A DNA stretch of 64,000 bases from an uncultured Nibricoccus sp. (lineage in GTDB: Bacteria; Verrucomicrobiota; Verrucomicrobiia; Opitutales; Opitutaceae), in NCBI GenBank assembly GCA_966249325.1, contig CBINDC010000006.1, forward strand, positions 107,165 to 171,164, given 5' to 3'. Positions 40,347 through 50,175 of the stretch are shown in pieces. The notes under the pieces are model-generated. The model was given only the letters and a program-made list of their open reading frames with translations. It was not told the DNA's origin and ran no database searches. The position numbers and the translations under genes are program-made. Position 1 is the stretch's first letter. Each line of letters starts with the position of its first letter.

Positions 40347-41138
40347 CTAGCGATCGATGGGTGGTGCGGGGCGGGCGCCGGCGTTTTCGTAGAGGCGGCT
40401 GTAGCGGACGAAGGCGCTGAAGGCGGTGGCGGTGGCGATGTAGAAGCCGGGAAAGCCGTCGAGGAAGCCGCGGCGCAGGATGTAGGCGCGGAAGAATCGC
40501 CACCACGGGCGTGTGAGCGCGGCGGCGAGCGAGAAGGTTTTCCCGCGTTCGAGTTGTTGTTTCAGGAAGAGATCGGCGAAGGGGTTTATTTTCGCGACGT
40601 GGCTGGAAAGTGTGGGGAATGAATAGTGATGGAGGTCGCCGCGGAGTGTGGCGACGGGGCCGGTGATTTCGATTTTCTCGTGGACGTGGGCGTCGCCGCC
40701 CCAGCGGGCGCGGTCGCGGCGGAAGAGGCGGAGGCTGAGATCGGGGTACCAGTCGCCGTGGGTGATCCAGCGGTCGATGAACCAGACTTTGCGGGGGAAT
40801 TTAGCGCCGGAGATTTCGGTGAGATCGGTGCGGGAGAAAAAAACGGCGAGATCGGCGCGAAGGGCAGGGGAGACTTCTTCGTCGGCGTCGAGGGAGAGTA
40901 TCCAGTTGTTGGAGGCTAGAGAGAGGGCGTGGTTCTTCGTGTCGCGGTAGCCGAGCCAGGGAGTGTGATGGACGGTGGCGCCGTGATCGCGGGAGATTTG
41001 TTCGCTGGCGTCGGTGGTGTTGTTGAGGACGACGACAGTTTCAGCCGTCCAGCCGCGCACGCTGGCGAGGCAGCGGGGGAGGTTGTGCGCCTCGTTTTTG
41101 GCGACGATGACGACGGAGAGCTGGAGGGCGGGCGACAT
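40347..41138 (-). CDS. glycosyltransferase family 2
   Basis: LSVVIVAKNEAHNL, LSLDADEE (DxD). Confidence 0.75.
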   Translation of the reverse strand: MSPALQLSVVIVAKNEAHNLPRCLASVRGWTAETVVVLNNTTDASEQISRDHGATVHHTPWLGYRDTKNHALSLASNNWILSLDADEEVSPALRADLAVFFSRTDLTEISGAKFPRKVWFIDRWITHGDWYPDLSLRLFRRDRARWGGDAHVHEKIEITGPVATLRGDLHHYSFPTLSSHVAKINPFADLFLKQQLERGKTFSLAAALTRPWWRFFRAYILRRGFLDGFPGFYIATATAFSAFVRYSRLYENAGARPAPPIDR

Positions 41139-41196
41139 GAAGACGGCTGGGAGCGTGGCGGGAGCGTGGGCGCGAAGTCGAGTGCGCGGATGAGGC

Positions 41197-42069
41197 GTGA
41201 GAAACAAGAAAGGGGTTGGCAGCCGAGTAGGTTTCGGCGGTCGTGTCGGGGTGAATGCCGCTGTCGTCATCCCGGTTTTGAACCAACTCGCTTATACGCA
41301 GGCGTGCGTGCGTTGCGTGCAGCCGGACATCGCGGCGGGCGTGCAGGTGGTGATCATCGACAATGGTTCGACGGATGGGACGGGGGAGTGGTTGAAGGCG
41401 CAGAGCGGGATCACAGTCGTGAGTAATGCGGAGAATCGCGGGTGCGCGGCGGCGTGGAATCAAGGGTGGCGCGCGGCGGGCGAGGCGGAGTGGGTGGTGA
41501 TTTTGAACAACGATGTGCTGTTGCCGGACGGGTGGCTGAAAAGGTTGATCGGAGCGGCGGAGCGGGAAGGCGTGGATGTGATTTCACCGTCGATGCGGGA
41601 GAGAGAGCAGAATTATCCGTTCGCGGAGTATGCGGCGGAGTTCATGGCGAAGATGCGCGGCGTGGTGCGGCGCGATGCGGCGCATGGAGTTTGCTTCGCG
41701 GTGAAACGGGAGGTTTTCGCGAAGGTCGGTGAGTTCGATGAAGGGTTTCGGATCGGGCAGTTTGAGGACAGCGACTTTTTCCGGCGGTGCAGAATCGCGG
41801 GTTTCAAGCTCGGGATTGTGGGGGATTGTTTCATCCACCATTTTGGATCGATCACGCAGGACGCGTTACGCGGTGGACCGAAGGTGCGGCCCTATGAGGC
41901 GGAGAATCGCGCGTATTATCGGGCGAAGTGGAAGATCGGCTGGTGGCGGCGGCGTTGGGAGAAATTCACGTCGCGGCGAAATCTGAAACGCTGGCGCGAT
42001 GCGGAGCTCGCGGCACATGGGCGTACGTTGCACGAAAAATGGGAAGACGGCGGCTGGAAGGCGTTTTGA
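41197..42069 (+). CDS. glycosyltransferase family 2
   Basis: VVIPVLNQ, VVIIDNGSTDGT, NRGCAAAWNQG. Real start may be the GTG at 41251. Confidence 0.75.
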   Translation: MRNKKGVGSRVGFGGRVGVNAAVVIPVLNQLAYTQACVRCVQPDIAAGVQVVIIDNGSTDGTGEWLKAQSGITVVSNAENRGCAAAWNQGWRAAGEAEWVVILNNDVLLPDGWLKRLIGAAEREGVDVISPSMREREQNYPFAEYAAEFMAKMRGVVRRDAAHGVCFAVKREVFAKVGEFDEGFRIGQFEDSDFFRRCRIAGFKLGIVGDCFIHHFGSITQDALRGGPKVRPYEAENRAYYRAKWKIGWWRRRWEKFTSRRNLKRWRDAELAAHGRTLHEKWEDGGWKAF

Positions 42070-42077
42070 GCTGCTGC

Positions 42078-43130
42078 TCAGGCGGCGGGATCAGGCAGGC
42101 TGATGCGGAGGGCGGAAATGACGGCGTCGGCGGGGATTTTGCGGACGCAGTGATTGTTGTAGCTGTCGCCGGGTTTGCAAAAATCGGGCGAGGCGCAATC
42201 GCGGCAGGGAAGCGGGGCTTGGAGCAGTTGATGGCCTTCGCCGACCGGGCGCCAGGTGGAGATTTTTTGAGAGCCGTAGAGTGCGGTGACGGGCGTGCCG
42301 ACGGAGGCGGCGAGGTGCATGGGACCGCTGTCGTGGCAGAGGAGGCGGTCGACGCTGGCGAAGAGAGCGGCGAGCTGAGTGAGAGAGAGGCGCTGTTTCA
42401 GGACGACGGCGGGCGTGGTCATTTTTGCCGTGATGGCATCGACGACGGGCTGCTCGGCGGGGCCGGCGACAAAGAGGATGCGGGCGCGATTTTCGGACTG
42501 GAGGGCATCGCAGACCGCGGCGAATGAATCCGCGGGCCAGATACGGTGAGGGCTGCGGCTGCCGGGATGGACGAGCAGGCGGGGACGGTCGGCCGGGAGT
42601 GCGGCGATTTCGGGGAGTTTTTCGATTTGGGCGAGTTCGTGCGGGAGGGGGGCGAGGCGGCCGGGCTCGTGTTTGATCGGGATGCCGATGGAGCGGAGGA
42701 GGCGGTGGTAGAAATCGGTGATGTGGTGATTTTCCAGATACTCGCCCTCGACGACGAGTCGGTGATTGTAGCAATGGCGGAAGCGCGGTTCGATGCCGTG
42801 ACGAAGCGTGGCGCGCAGACCCGCGCCGGAGAGCAGCGCGATCAGGGCGGTGCGGGGACGGTTGTCGAAGTCGAGGACGTGGGTGAATTTTTCCCGGCGG
42901 AGTCGCCAGAGGAATGCGGGCCAGTCGTACCAGCGCGTGGGGAGCGGAAGGGTGGCGTCGATGAGGGGAAACAATTTCGGCAGGTCGCGGTAGGCGGGAT
43001 CGATCGCGGCGACGATGCGCGCGGAGGGCCAGTGACGGCGGAGGAGGCGAAAGACGCTTTCGAGAAGGACGATGTCGCCGACGTAGCGGCGGCGGATCAC
43101 GAGGAGACGTGGACTGGCGGATGCGGGCAT
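42078..43130 (-). CDS. glycosyltransferase family 9 (LPS heptosyltransferase-like)
   Basis: RLLVIRRRYVGDIVLLESVF N-terminal GT9 motif. C-terminal ...LCHDSGPMHLAASVGTPVTALYG. Confidence 0.8.
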   Translation of the reverse strand: MPASASPRLLVIRRRYVGDIVLLESVFRLLRRHWPSARIVAAIDPAYRDLPKLFPLIDATLPLPTRWYDWPAFLWRLRREKFTHVLDFDNRPRTALIALLSGAGLRATLRHGIEPRFRHCYNHRLVVEGEYLENHHITDFYHRLLRSIGIPIKHEPGRLAPLPHELAQIEKLPEIAALPADRPRLLVHPGSRSPHRIWPADSFAAVCDALQSENRARILFVAGPAEQPVVDAITAKMTTPAVVLKQRLSLTQLAALFASVDRLLCHDSGPMHLAASVGTPVTALYGSQKISTWRPVGEGHQLLQAPLPCRDCASPDFCKPGDSYNNHCVRKIPADAVISALRISLPDPAA

Positions 43131-43134
43131 GGCG

Positions 43135-44097
43135 TTACCTGTGGCGCGAGGACCGGCGAGCGGCGCGGCGGAGATTGGCGAAGGGTTTTGTGACGCGGTG
43201 GCGGACCCAGTAGGCGGCGTACCAGAACGGAGTCAGTTCGCGCATGAGAACGCGTTCGTGGGTGAGGCTTTCGTCGCTGCGAGCATGGTTTTTGCGGGCG
43301 AAGTAGAGGCTGTGGAATAGCGCCTGGCGGACTTCGTGGGGCGAGCCGCCGGTGGCGAGGTGTTGCCGGAGGAGCGGCAGGTATTTGACGTGGAGGCGGA
43401 GTCCTTCGGCTTCGCCAACGCGGCTGCGCTGGTTGACGGCGGTTTGTTGTTTGTCGTGGCGGCGGAAGGCGCAGAGCGGGCGGGAGACGTAGGCGAGGCC
43501 GCCTTGTTCGAGGAGGTGCGCCCAAAATTCCAGATCGATGAGCTGCCGATAGGAGGAGTCGAAGCCGCGAAGGGCGGAGTCGCGGCGGAACAGGACGGCG
43601 GACGGTTCTCCGATGAGATTTTTTCCATTCAGCATGCAACGAAGGATGGTGGCGCTGCCGGGTTTGAGGCCGTCGGGAGCGAGATCGTTGGAGATGCTTA
43701 GCGTTTTGGACTCTTCGTCGACGATGAGGCGGGCGCTGGTGGCGAGGGTGGCGCTGGGATGCGACTCGAGGGCCTCGCGGAGGGAGGCGAGAGTGTCGGG
43801 GGAGCAGTGATAGTCGTCGCCGAAGAGGAATTTTGCGTAGCGACCGGTAGCGTTGCGCAGGCACCAGTTCCAGTTGGCGGCCATGCCCAGGTTGGGCGAT
43901 TGCAGGTAAAAACGGATACGCGGATCGCGTGCGGCGAAAGCGCGGATGATTTCGGCGGAGTTATCGGTGGAGGCGTCGTCGGAGATGAGGAGTTCCCAGT
44001 CGGCGTTTTGCTGGGAGAGGACGGACTCGATGGCCTGCGGCAGGAAGTGCGCCTGGTTGTAGCAGGGCATGAGGACGCTGATCTTTTGGTCGGCCAT
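43135..44097 (-). CDS. glycosyltransferase family 2
   Basis: ISVLMPCYNQAHFL, LISDDASTDNS. Start chosen at MADQKIS. Confidence 0.75.
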   Translation of the reverse strand: MADQKISVLMPCYNQAHFLPQAIESVLSQQNADWELLISDDASTDNSAEIIRAFAARDPRIRFYLQSPNLGMAANWNWCLRNATGRYAKFLFGDDYHCSPDTLASLREALESHPSATLATSARLIVDEESKTLSISNDLAPDGLKPGSATILRCMLNGKNLIGEPSAVLFRRDSALRGFDSSYRQLIDLEFWAHLLEQGGLAYVSRPLCAFRRHDKQQTAVNQRSRVGEAEGLRLHVKYLPLLRQHLATGGSPHEVRQALFHSLYFARKNHARSDESLTHERVLMRELTPFWYAAYWVRHRVTKPFANLRRAARRSSRHR

Positions 44098-44232
44098 GAA
44101 GTCGTGGCGGTGGGTAAAGGGAGCGGGCGAGGGGAAGGCAATCCCGGTGTTGGGAGGCGGGCGCACACCTGTGGAATCGACGTTTGACAGTGCTGGAGGC
44201 GGGTCGTTTACCCGTCTGAACATAGTACCCGC

Positions 44233-45177
44233 ATGAGTCTCGATCGTTCCGCCACGTTCAAAAAGGCGCTGGCCTCGAACAAACTGACGCGTGTTGTGTT
44301 GAAGTGGATCGATCGTGAGAACTACGAGGTACTGAAGAACGAGGTGAAGCGGGAGAAAGCGCAGCGGGGATTCAGGAATTATCAGTGGCCTGGTGAGACG
44401 CTCCGAGGGCGGCCGGCTGGCGGCATGACTTTCCGGCATTCGGGAAATGCGGGGGATATTATTTATGCGTTGCCGGCGATCCGGGCGCTCAGTGCGGGCG
44501 ATGCGAAGCTGAAGTTATCGATCGGGACGCCGATGAGGGATTTGTCGGTAAAGCATCCGTCGGGGAGTGTGTATCTGAACGAGGCGACGTTCGAGAAACT
44601 GGTGCCGTTGCTACGCGCGCAGAAGTATCTGGCGGAGGTTTCGGAGTATCGGGGGGAGGCGGTGGACTGCGACCTGGATGTGTTTCGCGACTCGCCTGTC
44701 CCGGTGGATCGCATCGGGATATGCCGGTGGTATTTTCATCTTTTCGGTGTGTCGGCGGATTTGTCGCAACCCTGGCTGACGGTAGAGCCGGATGAGCGAT
44801 ACGCGCGGTCCATCGTCGTGGCGCGTAGTTTTCGTTATAGAAACCTGATGTTCGACTACGGGTTTTTGAATCGCTTCGCGGACGTCGTTTTCATCGGGCT
44901 CCCCGATGAGTACGACGATTTCAAGAAGGCGGTGCCGAAGGCGCGGCATGTCGCGGTCGGGGATTTTCTGGAGATGGCGCAGATCATACGCGGCGCGGGT
45001 CTGTTTATCGGCAATCAGTCATTTCCATTCTCGCTGGCGGAAGGATTGAAAGTGCCGCGCGTGCTGGAGGTCGATCCGGGCATTCCGAATGTCGTGCCAG
45101 CCGGCGGCGAGGCGTATGACGTACTGTTTCAAGCGCAGTTCGAACACATCGTGGGAAAGCTTTTGCGTGACCGCTGA
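44233..45177 (+). CDS. glycosyltransferase family 9-like protein (divergent, 314 aa)
   Basis: GNAGDIIYALPAIRAL N-terminal and FIGNQSFPFSLAEGLKVPRV C-terminal motifs resembling GT9. Confidence 0.55.
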   Translation: MSLDRSATFKKALASNKLTRVVLKWIDRENYEVLKNEVKREKAQRGFRNYQWPGETLRGRPAGGMTFRHSGNAGDIIYALPAIRALSAGDAKLKLSIGTPMRDLSVKHPSGSVYLNEATFEKLVPLLRAQKYLAEVSEYRGEAVDCDLDVFRDSPVPVDRIGICRWYFHLFGVSADLSQPWLTVEPDERYARSIVVARSFRYRNLMFDYGFLNRFADVVFIGLPDEYDDFKKAVPKARHVAVGDFLEMAQIIRGAGLFIGNQSFPFSLAEGLKVPRVLEVDPGIPNVVPAGGEAYDVLFQAQFEHIVGKLLRDR

Positions 45178-46396
45178 ATTGCCGGACAAGACGGGTAAGG
45201 CTGTGCGACGGCGGAGCCGGTTCTCGCTGTGGCGGCGTTATCTGACCCGCGTCTGGCCGGTGCTGGGCAAGCGTTGTCATGGCAGCGTGGTTACGGACGA
45301 ACGCGGGGAGATTTTGCTTCTGAAGCGGGACAATATCGGGGACTTCGTGATCGCGACGACTTTTCTGAATGTGGCGTACCGGAGGTGGCGAGCCCGGCCG
45401 GTGACACTGGTATGCTCACCATCGGTCGCGGAGCTCGCGCGTTTACTTTATCCGGATTGGACTATTCGCCCGGTCAGCCAGGTGCCTCCCGTCGAGTATC
45501 GGAAGCCGCGCTGGCGGCCGGGGGTGGTTCAGCGCGAGGTGAAGGCGTGGTCGCGGGCTGAAATCGCTATTTCACTCAGGGCGATGCGGTTTCAGGAAGA
45601 GATGATTTTCGACAGCTGGGTGCCGGCGAAGAGCAAGGTGGCGGTGGAAAATACGTTCCGGTATCACGAGGGGCGTTACCTGATGGTTCCGGATGAGCGG
45701 GTATTTAGTGACGTGTTACCGGCGGGCTTGGCGCAGTCTCCTGAGCTTTGTGCAGATATCGCGCATCAACGACAGCTTTTGAAGCGGTTTTTTCCCGACG
45801 AACCTGCCGAAGCTGGGTGGCCCGAACTGCAGTTCGGTGCATCTTTCGACGGGGTGACCGCGAGTCTGCGAAGGAAAGCGGTGCGTACGGAAGGCGCGCT
45901 TGTGCTTTGTCCGTTTCCGAGTGCGGCGATCAAACGGTATCCTGAGGAAAGGCTACTGGCGGTGGCGTCGATCGCGGCTCGAAAATATGGGTTGAGGATT
46001 GAAATCATGGGAGGGCCTGATGATCGGAACGAAGCTCTGGCGATGGCGGAAAAGCTGAGCGCGCCGCTGGGCGTGAGCGTTTCGGCTGGGAAACTCAGTT
46101 TGGTGGAGTCCGCGCTGGCGATCAGTGCCGCACGCTTAGTTCTCGGGGTGGATACGGGACTGATGCATATGGCGATCGCATCGAAGGTGCCTACTGTCGT
46201 GATTTTGGGAGGCGCGCATTATGGCATTTTTGGGCCTTGGGGCGATCCGGCTCGGACGCGCTGGGTGACGGAGCCGATGGCGTGTTTTCACTGCAACTGG
46301 GAGTGCGTCCACCCAGAGGCGTTTTGCATCACACGGATTGGGCAGGCACGAATCGAAGAAGCGATCGACGCGGTCTGGTGCGGCAGCGGCCGTTAG
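45167..46396 (+). CDS. glycosyltransferase family 9 (heptosyltransferase-like)
   Basis: ILLLKRDNIGDFVIATTFL; C-terminal VLGVDTGLMHMAIASKVPTVVILGG. Probably a GTG start overlapping the previous stop. Confidence 0.7.
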   Translation: MTAELPDKTGKAVRRRSRFSLWRRYLTRVWPVLGKRCHGSVVTDERGEILLLKRDNIGDFVIATTFLNVAYRRWRARPVTLVCSPSVAELARLLYPDWTIRPVSQVPPVEYRKPRWRPGVVQREVKAWSRAEIAISLRAMRFQEEMIFDSWVPAKSKVAVENTFRYHEGRYLMVPDERVFSDVLPAGLAQSPELCADIAHQRQLLKRFFPDEPAEAGWPELQFGASFDGVTASLRRKAVRTEGALVLCPFPSAAIKRYPEERLLAVASIAARKYGLRIEIMGGPDDRNEALAMAEKLSAPLGVSVSAGKLSLVESALAISAARLVLGVDTGLMHMAIASKVPTVVILGGAHYGIFGPWGDPARTRWVTEPMACFHCNWECVHPEAFCITRIGQARIEEAIDAVWCGSGR

Positions 46397-47379
46397 CGGG
46401 AGCGCGATCCGTTTAGGGCGGCCTTAATGACAGAGGTCATCCCGGTCACGTGCTGGTTGAGATCACGAACGGCTTGCTTGCTTTGCAGGCGGGCAGCCCA
46501 GACGTCGGGGAAAACGAACCAAGGGCGTCGCTTTCTTCTGAGAGCTTTCAGGCGCGCGTAGCTGAGCGTGACAGCCTTGGTGAGCTCCAGCGTGCGGGGG
46601 TTTTTGAGCCCGGCCGATTCCGCTGCGGAGGCGTTCGCTTGGTGGACTATCTGTCCAAGCCGGTGCAGTCGTTCGCCCAGTTCTTCCACGTGATAGTCGG
46701 AAAGGGAGTAAGGTTTCGGATGTATCCGGAACGTGGAGCCCTGGCGTGGTGTCACGACGAGACGTGTGTCATACGCGTGGCGAAGTCCCCAGGCGCCATC
46801 GCCGGACATGCCGTATTCGGTTGGGAAAGGATGTCGCTGGAGATGGCTGGTTTTAAAAAGATTGCTGGCGGCGCTTCCGAGGAGGGCGGAAGAATAGGTG
46901 TGAAGGAGGGCGAAAAAATGCGAGACGGCGGGATCGAGCTGGCGGGGTGTGGTCAAGGCGAGGCGATCGACGATGTCATTGACCGCCCAGCGGATCGACG
47001 GGAGTGGCGCGTCTTTCTGATCGATCCACTTGGGCGCGCTGATCACGACGTCGGCATCGAAAGTTTCGGCGATCTCCAAATGGTGAAGCAGTTGATCGCG
47101 GGAAATAGAGTCACCGATGGTGGAGATATAGAGCCAATGACGGGAGGCCTGTTGGATTCCGTAGTTCCAAGACTGATAAAGACCGCGCGGGTGTTGGTGG
47201 ATTTTCAGCGGATAGCCTGCCAGTTCGCGCTGAATGAAGTCGGTTGTGCCGTCGGCGGAGAAACTGTCCACGACGATGATTTCTCCGGCGAGATCGAGCC
47301 AGGGTTTCATCGACTCGATGTGAGCCGGGAGGAGCGGCATGCTGTTGAGCGTGGGCAGCAGGACGCTGAGCGAAGCCAT
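46393..47379 (-). CDS. glycosyltransferase family 2
   Basis: LSVLLPTLNSMPLL, IIVVDSFSADGT. Confidence 0.75.
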   Translation of the reverse strand: MASLSVLLPTLNSMPLLPAHIESMKPWLDLAGEIIVVDSFSADGTTDFIQRELAGYPLKIHQHPRGLYQSWNYGIQQASRHWLYISTIGDSISRDQLLHHLEIAETFDADVVISAPKWIDQKDAPLPSIRWAVNDIVDRLALTTPRQLDPAVSHFFALLHTYSSALLGSAASNLFKTSHLQRHPFPTEYGMSGDGAWGLRHAYDTRLVVTPRQGSTFRIHPKPYSLSDYHVEELGERLHRLGQIVHQANASAAESAGLKNPRTLELTKAVTLSYARLKALRRKRRPWFVFPDVWAARLQSKQAVRDLNQHVTGMTSVIKAALNGSRSR

Positions 47380-47405
47380 GGTGAAGGAGATCGGGTTCGC
47401 CGAGA

Positions 47406-48371
47406 TCAGCGCCGAGAACCGCGCTCAAGGCAGGCAATAGGTAATGCGCAGGCGTCCAAGGATGGCGGAAGTGCGATCACGTCGAAGTGCGGGTCGTCGA
47501 CGGGCTGGAGTTGGCGGAAGTAGGTGACCCAAGTCTCGAGGGTGGCGCGATCGCCGGTGCCGAAGTGCGAGAAGTGGCCGGTGTTGAAAAAGAAAAGAAA
47601 GCGCTGATAGCCGGCCGCTCTTAGCGCCTCGAAAACCTCGTAGAGGTCATTTTTGGCGTTGGTCCAGAGATGCGGATGCCACTCGAAAATCACGGCGGGT
47701 TGATCACGGCGGATCAGGGCGGTGGCGCCGAGGACGGCCTCGCCGTCGTAGCCATCGATATCCACTTTGAGGACGTCGACGGGAGTTTTGATGTCGGCGA
47801 AAAGGAGATCGATGGTGGTTGCTTCACGAAAGCCTTCGCCGACTGCGCCGGCGGTCCCCTGATGATGCTTAACCAAGGTTGGGATTTTCCCCGGCCGTCG
47901 CGCAATCATGGCCTCGTGGATGAATGTCGGGGGCGTTTGCGAGGCGTTGGCGCGGAGCAGCGGGATGAACTCGTCGTCTCCCTCGATGCTGTGGATGGAC
48001 TCGATGGCGTGACCGCATTCGCCGGAGAGCTGGACGACGGTGTTGCCGATGGAGGCGCCGCAGTCGATGACGGTAACCTTCCTGCCTTTCGCGTTGGCGA
48101 CGGCTTTCACCAGCGTGGTCAGCGGCCGGTTGAAGAAGGGGTGGTCGAGAAGGATGAACGGGTAGGGGTTGCCGGCGTTGATGAACATCTCGCGACCGTG
48201 AATGGGGATTTTCACTACGCCGCGGCCGGTTTCGTAGCGTTTGCGGAGCCAGCGAGCGACGCTCTTCAGACCGAAGCGTTCCAGGCGCTTGCGGCGCTTG
48301 AGATAAAGACGGGTGCTCGAAGTGAGCCCGCGGTTGACCTCAGGAGATGCGGTCATGGGGGCGAGTGTCAT
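47406..48371 (-). CDS. FkbM-family SAM-dependent methyltransferase
   Basis: VIDCGASIGN SAM-binding motif, VDIDGYDGEA, FEWHP; FkbM-like length. Confidence 0.75.
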   Translation of the reverse strand: MTLAPMTASPEVNRGLTSSTRLYLKRRKRLERFGLKSVARWLRKRYETGRGVVKIPIHGREMFINAGNPYPFILLDHPFFNRPLTTLVKAVANAKGRKVTVIDCGASIGNTVVQLSGECGHAIESIHSIEGDDEFIPLLRANASQTPPTFIHEAMIARRPGKIPTLVKHHQGTAGAVGEGFREATTIDLLFADIKTPVDVLKVDIDGYDGEAVLGATALIRRDQPAVIFEWHPHLWTNAKNDLYEVFEALRAAGYQRFLFFFNTGHFSHFGTGDRATLETWVTYFRQLQPVDDPHFDVIALPPSLDACALPIACLERGSRR

Positions 48372-50143
48372 GATGAGTGAGAGGGAAGCTCGTGCTTCTG
48401 AACGTGAGACTGATTTTGCTGATCGTAGAGCAATTTGTAGAGAGGGCTGGCGGTGTAGAGGGATGCATGGGAGCCTGAGGCAACGATGCGGCCATCTTCG
48501 AAGACGAGGATCGTGGAGGCGTCTCGGATGGTACTGAAGCGGTGGGCGATGATCAGGACGGTCTTGCCGACGACGAGTTTCTGGAGGGCGCGCTGGATGA
48601 AGGCTTCGCTTTCGCTATCGAGGGCGCTGGTGGCTTCGTCGAGGATGAGGATGGGAGCGTTGCGGAGGAAAGCGCGGGCGAGGGCGATGCGTTGCTTCTG
48701 GCCGCCGGAGAGCTGGCCGCCGCGTTCGCCGACGATGGTGTCGTAGCCGTTTGGTTGAGACAGGATGAAGTCGTGGGCGAAGGCATCCTTGGCGGCTTGC
48801 TCGACTTCTTCGCGGGTGGCATCGGAGCGACCGAGGAGCAGGTTGTTGTAGATGGTGTCGTTGAAGAGGACGGGGTCCTGTGAAACGAGGGCGATGTTGC
48901 GGCGGAGGTCGGCGACGCGCATGTCGCGCAGGTCGATGCCGTCGATGGAGACGCGGCCGCTCGAGACTTCGTAGAAGCGGGGGACGAGGTTGGCGAAGGT
49001 GGACTTGCCGGCGCCCGTCGGACCGACGAGCGCGCAGACGGTGCCGGCAGGAATCGCTATATCGATGTCGCGGAGGATGGTATTTCCTTCTTTGTACGCG
49101 AAACCAACATCGTGAAAGTGGATCGCTCCTTGAAGTCGATTAACGGTTGCGGGTTTGGACGGGTCGGTAATTTCGATCGGTGCGTTGAGCACTTCTTCCA
49201 GTCTGTCGAGCGCGCTGAGGCCGCGTTTGGTCTCGTTGTTGAGCGCACCCATTTTCTTTATCGGGTCGTAGCTCATGTAGAGTGCGCCGACCATTGCGAA
49301 GAAAACCTCCCACGGGAGCTTCACGTGGTAGGCGTAGATCAGCGCAGCGGATACGCCAAGAGTGGACATGAATTCGATCGTCGGGGAGAGGATATTGGAG
49401 TACTTCACGACCTTGAGCTGGACGTGAAAGAGCTTGTTCACTGCTTCGCGAAAGCGGTTCATCTCGCGGGCCTCGAGGCCGAAGGCTCGGATTTCGCGAG
49501 TGGCACTGAGGTTCTCGGCGAAGATACCAGTCACGCCGCCGACTTGATCCTGCATCTGGCGGGCGCGTTTGAGCAGGTTTTTCCCGACGAGGCGGATGGG
49601 GAAAACTGAGGCGGGGACGAGGCCGAGGCAGAGCAAGACGAAGATGACGTTTCCGTTTTGGAAGGAGAGATAGACGAGGGCACTAAGCGCGCTGATCAAC
49701 GTGGCGGGTTGTTTGATGATCTCGTTGGCAACGGTGGTGATGGTAGTCTGGAGCTGGTTGGCGTCGCTGAGGCCGCGCGCCAGGAGATCGCCGGACTGGC
49801 GTTTGCTGAAGAAGCTCAGCGGAAGGCGCTGAAGTTTCTCAAAAAACTGCATGCGGATTTGTTCCAGTACGCGAACACCGCACAGGCTGATGAGGTAGCT
49901 ATTTCGAAAGCCGGCGATGCCGCGGATGAGGAAGATGGCGGGCAACAGGCTGGCGAAGCTCAGCAGTTCGATGGTGGTGAGCGACTGCGTACCTTGGTCA
50001 AAGACAACGGGAAAAACTTTCTGCAGGAGAAATGGGAGTCCGAGGCCGCTCGAAACGCCGAAAATGATTCCGTAAAAGACAGCCGCCGCGAATTCGACCC
50101 GCACGGGTTTGAGGTAACGGAGGTAGGGAAGGAGGCGTTTCAT
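48368..50143 (-). CDS. ABC exporter, fused permease-ATPase (MsbA/lipid A-core flippase-like)
   Basis: Six TM helices, Walker A GPTGAGKST, signature LSGGQKQR, Walker B ILILDEATSALD. Confidence 0.85.
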   Translation of the reverse strand: MKRLLPYLRYLKPVRVEFAAAVFYGIIFGVSSGLGLPFLLQKVFPVVFDQGTQSLTTIELLSFASLLPAIFLIRGIAGFRNSYLISLCGVRVLEQIRMQFFEKLQRLPLSFFSKRQSGDLLARGLSDANQLQTTITTVANEIIKQPATLISALSALVYLSFQNGNVIFVLLCLGLVPASVFPIRLVGKNLLKRARQMQDQVGGVTGIFAENLSATREIRAFGLEAREMNRFREAVNKLFHVQLKVVKYSNILSPTIEFMSTLGVSAALIYAYHVKLPWEVFFAMVGALYMSYDPIKKMGALNNETKRGLSALDRLEEVLNAPIEITDPSKPATVNRLQGAIHFHDVGFAYKEGNTILRDIDIAIPAGTVCALVGPTGAGKSTFANLVPRFYEVSSGRVSIDGIDLRDMRVADLRRNIALVSQDPVLFNDTIYNNLLLGRSDATREEVEQAAKDAFAHDFILSQPNGYDTIVGERGGQLSGGQKQRIALARAFLRNAPILILDEATSALDSESEAFIQRALQKLVVGKTVLIIAHRFSTIRDASTILVFEDGRIVASGSHASLYTASPLYKLLYDQQNQSHVQKHELPSHSS

Positions 50144-50175
50144 CTAGGCGGTCGGGTAAAGCGGTGCGGCGGGGA

